In this document: piece by piece, positions 62,898 through 64,000 of the stretch
Numbering within the stretch: the first letter of the stretch is position 1
How the letters are laid out: every line of letters starts with the position of its first letter
Assembly (NCBI GenBank): GCA_050506795.1
Contig: JBJHCF010000001.1
Location: forward strand, 64,001-128,000
DNA length: 64,000 nt
Source of the DNA: Opitutia bacterium
GTDB taxonomy: Bacteria; Verrucomicrobiota; Verrucomicrobiia; Opitutales; T3Sed10-336
Direction of reading: 5' to 3'
The notes under the pieces: model-generated
The model's database searches: none
The model's input: the letters and a program-made list of their open reading frames with translations, nothing else
Told to the model about the DNA's origin: nothing
Program-made: the position numbers and the translations under genes

Positions 62898-64000
62898 TTA
62901 ATCGGGTGCCAACCCCTGCTGAGGCCGGGTTTGTACGAGGTGAATTTGATCGTTCACCATAAATCCTTCGATGTCCTGGGGGGAGGAAAGGGCGGATTCG
63001 ATACTTTTGGCAACGGCGGCCAGGCGGCGGGCGGTGTTATCACGAAAGGCGTGGTCACGAGTGAAGGGGAAGTCGGAGTAGTCGGCGATGCCCTTTTCCA
63101 AAGCTCCCGGAGCGCCGGGGCGAAGGAAGTGGCTGTAGTTGCAGAAGGCGAGAGTGTTGACGGTGGCCGATGAGGTGCCGTTGCTATTCCCGACACCAAC
63201 GGTCAAGCGATACGGGGTACCGGGTTCGGCGGCGTCGGCCAGGGTGGCGCCGAGGCCGGGCGCGGCTTCGATGTAGACTTCGTCGGGATCGGCGGTCACC
63301 GGATGGATGGAGTGCAGAATGAAGGACAGGTCGGGGGTGATCAGGGGCTGCAGGATCACCGCCATGCCGCAGCGAATGGGGTCCACGCCGGACCGGCGCC
63401 GGTTATGAAAGGCTTTCAGCGTCCAGAGCGACGCCCAAACGGCGCGAATGCCGTTGGCCAGGTGGTCCGGAAGCAGGTTGGGCACGGAGGTGTAGATGCC
63501 GGCTCCCGCCCCGCCGGCGCCGTCTTCCGCGCTGGCGCTGGAGCGGGCAATGAGCGGTGTGTCGCGCGGGAAGGTGTCCGCCGCCCGTTCGAGAATCTCC
63601 CGGGGCACGGGAAGCCGGCTGATCGTCTCCTGCAGGGATTTTAATTTAGGCCCAAGGTCTTCGGCATCCGCATTAACGAGACCTTCGGTGGCGTCCGTGC
63701 CGTGATCCCGCAATGCCTTTTCCAGGACCCCGAAGGGGATAACCAGGGTCGGCGGTACGGTGAAGGCTTTGGATTGGTCAGCCAGATCAGCCAGACGGCG
63801 CAGGGCGGCGGCTTTGTGTCCGGTTCGTTCAACGGTGACCTGCCCCAGCGGCAGGACCGGGGGCTCGGTGCTCAAATCGAGGGATGTTTCCGTGCCGCGA
63901 CTGCGAGGTGTTGTTTTCACCTCGCGGGCCGCGGTTTCGCCGTCACCGTTGTCCTCCTGCCAGGTTAATCCTTCGGCATTCACTTTGAGGAAAAGGCGGC
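62898..64000 (-). CDS. C-terminal nucleotide-binding (PEP/pyruvate-binding, PPDK_N-type) domain of a glucan/phosphoglucan water dikinase-like protein; 5' part lies outside the window
   Basis: RSS...ED......AG.Y.S.PN, VWASL, MAV..Q....PDLSF.LH, E.APGLG.TLA, GTP.RL, QD.EG, VQ.RPQ; frame open to the window edge. Confidence 0.8.
   Translation of the reverse strand, partial: RLFLKVNAEGLTWQEDNGDGETAAREVKTTPRSRGTETSLDLSTEPPVLPLGQVTVERTGHKAAALRRLADLADQSKAFTVPPTLVIPFGVLEKALRDHGTDATEGLVNADAEDLGPKLKSLQETISRLPVPREILERAADTFPRDTPLIARSSASAEDGAGGAGAGIYTSVPNLLPDHLANGIRAVWASLWTLKAFHNRRRSGVDPIRCGMAVILQPLITPDLSFILHSIHPVTADPDEVYIEAAPGLGATLADAAEPGTPYRLTVGVGNSNGTSSATVNTLAFCNYSHFLRPGAPGALEKGIADYSDFPFTRDHAFRDNTARRLAAVAKSIESALSSPQDIEGFMVNDQIHLVQTRPQQGLAPD

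Overview
GC-rich bacterial chromosomal segment. The gene content (serS-tilS-ftsH, prepilin/H-X9-DG proteins, DUF1080, Tat-exported Gfo/Idh/MocA and aldo/keto reductases) suggests the PVC superphylum, probably Verrucomicrobiota; this is an inference. From left to right the window holds: the end of an RND adaptor gene, an MFS transporter and a complete [NiFe]-hydrogenase maturation operon (hypA-B-F-C-D-E). Next are a GATAG tandem array with an inverted copy at the 3' end of a four-helix-bundle gene, then msrBA, DUF1080, several peptidases, serS-tilS-ftsH, a GH51 arabinofuranosidase and a DEAD/DEAH helicase. An accessory region of about 13 kb (30.3-43.4 kb) follows, starting with an Rpn/YhgA-type nuclease gene frameshifted just after its start. 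Two prepilin H-X9-DG paralogues then bracket an ECF sigma factor preceded by a (TC)18 tract, a MauE-like protein, a 10-Cys secreted protein, GtrA, an FAD oxidoreductase and two GT-C-like membrane proteins, one of which is frameshifted inside a 7-bp repeat. Most junctions in this region carry paired inverted repeats. After it come imuA-imuB-dnaE2 (candidate SOS box, G11 tract), GH2 and GH43 enzymes, a sugar oxidoreductase/permease cluster, a double RCC1-propeller surface protein and an aldo/keto reductase. The window ends in the C-terminus of a protein closely resembling plant phosphoglucan water dikinase. No rRNA, tRNA or CRISPR array was found. All family calls come from motif recognition by eye, not from database searches.
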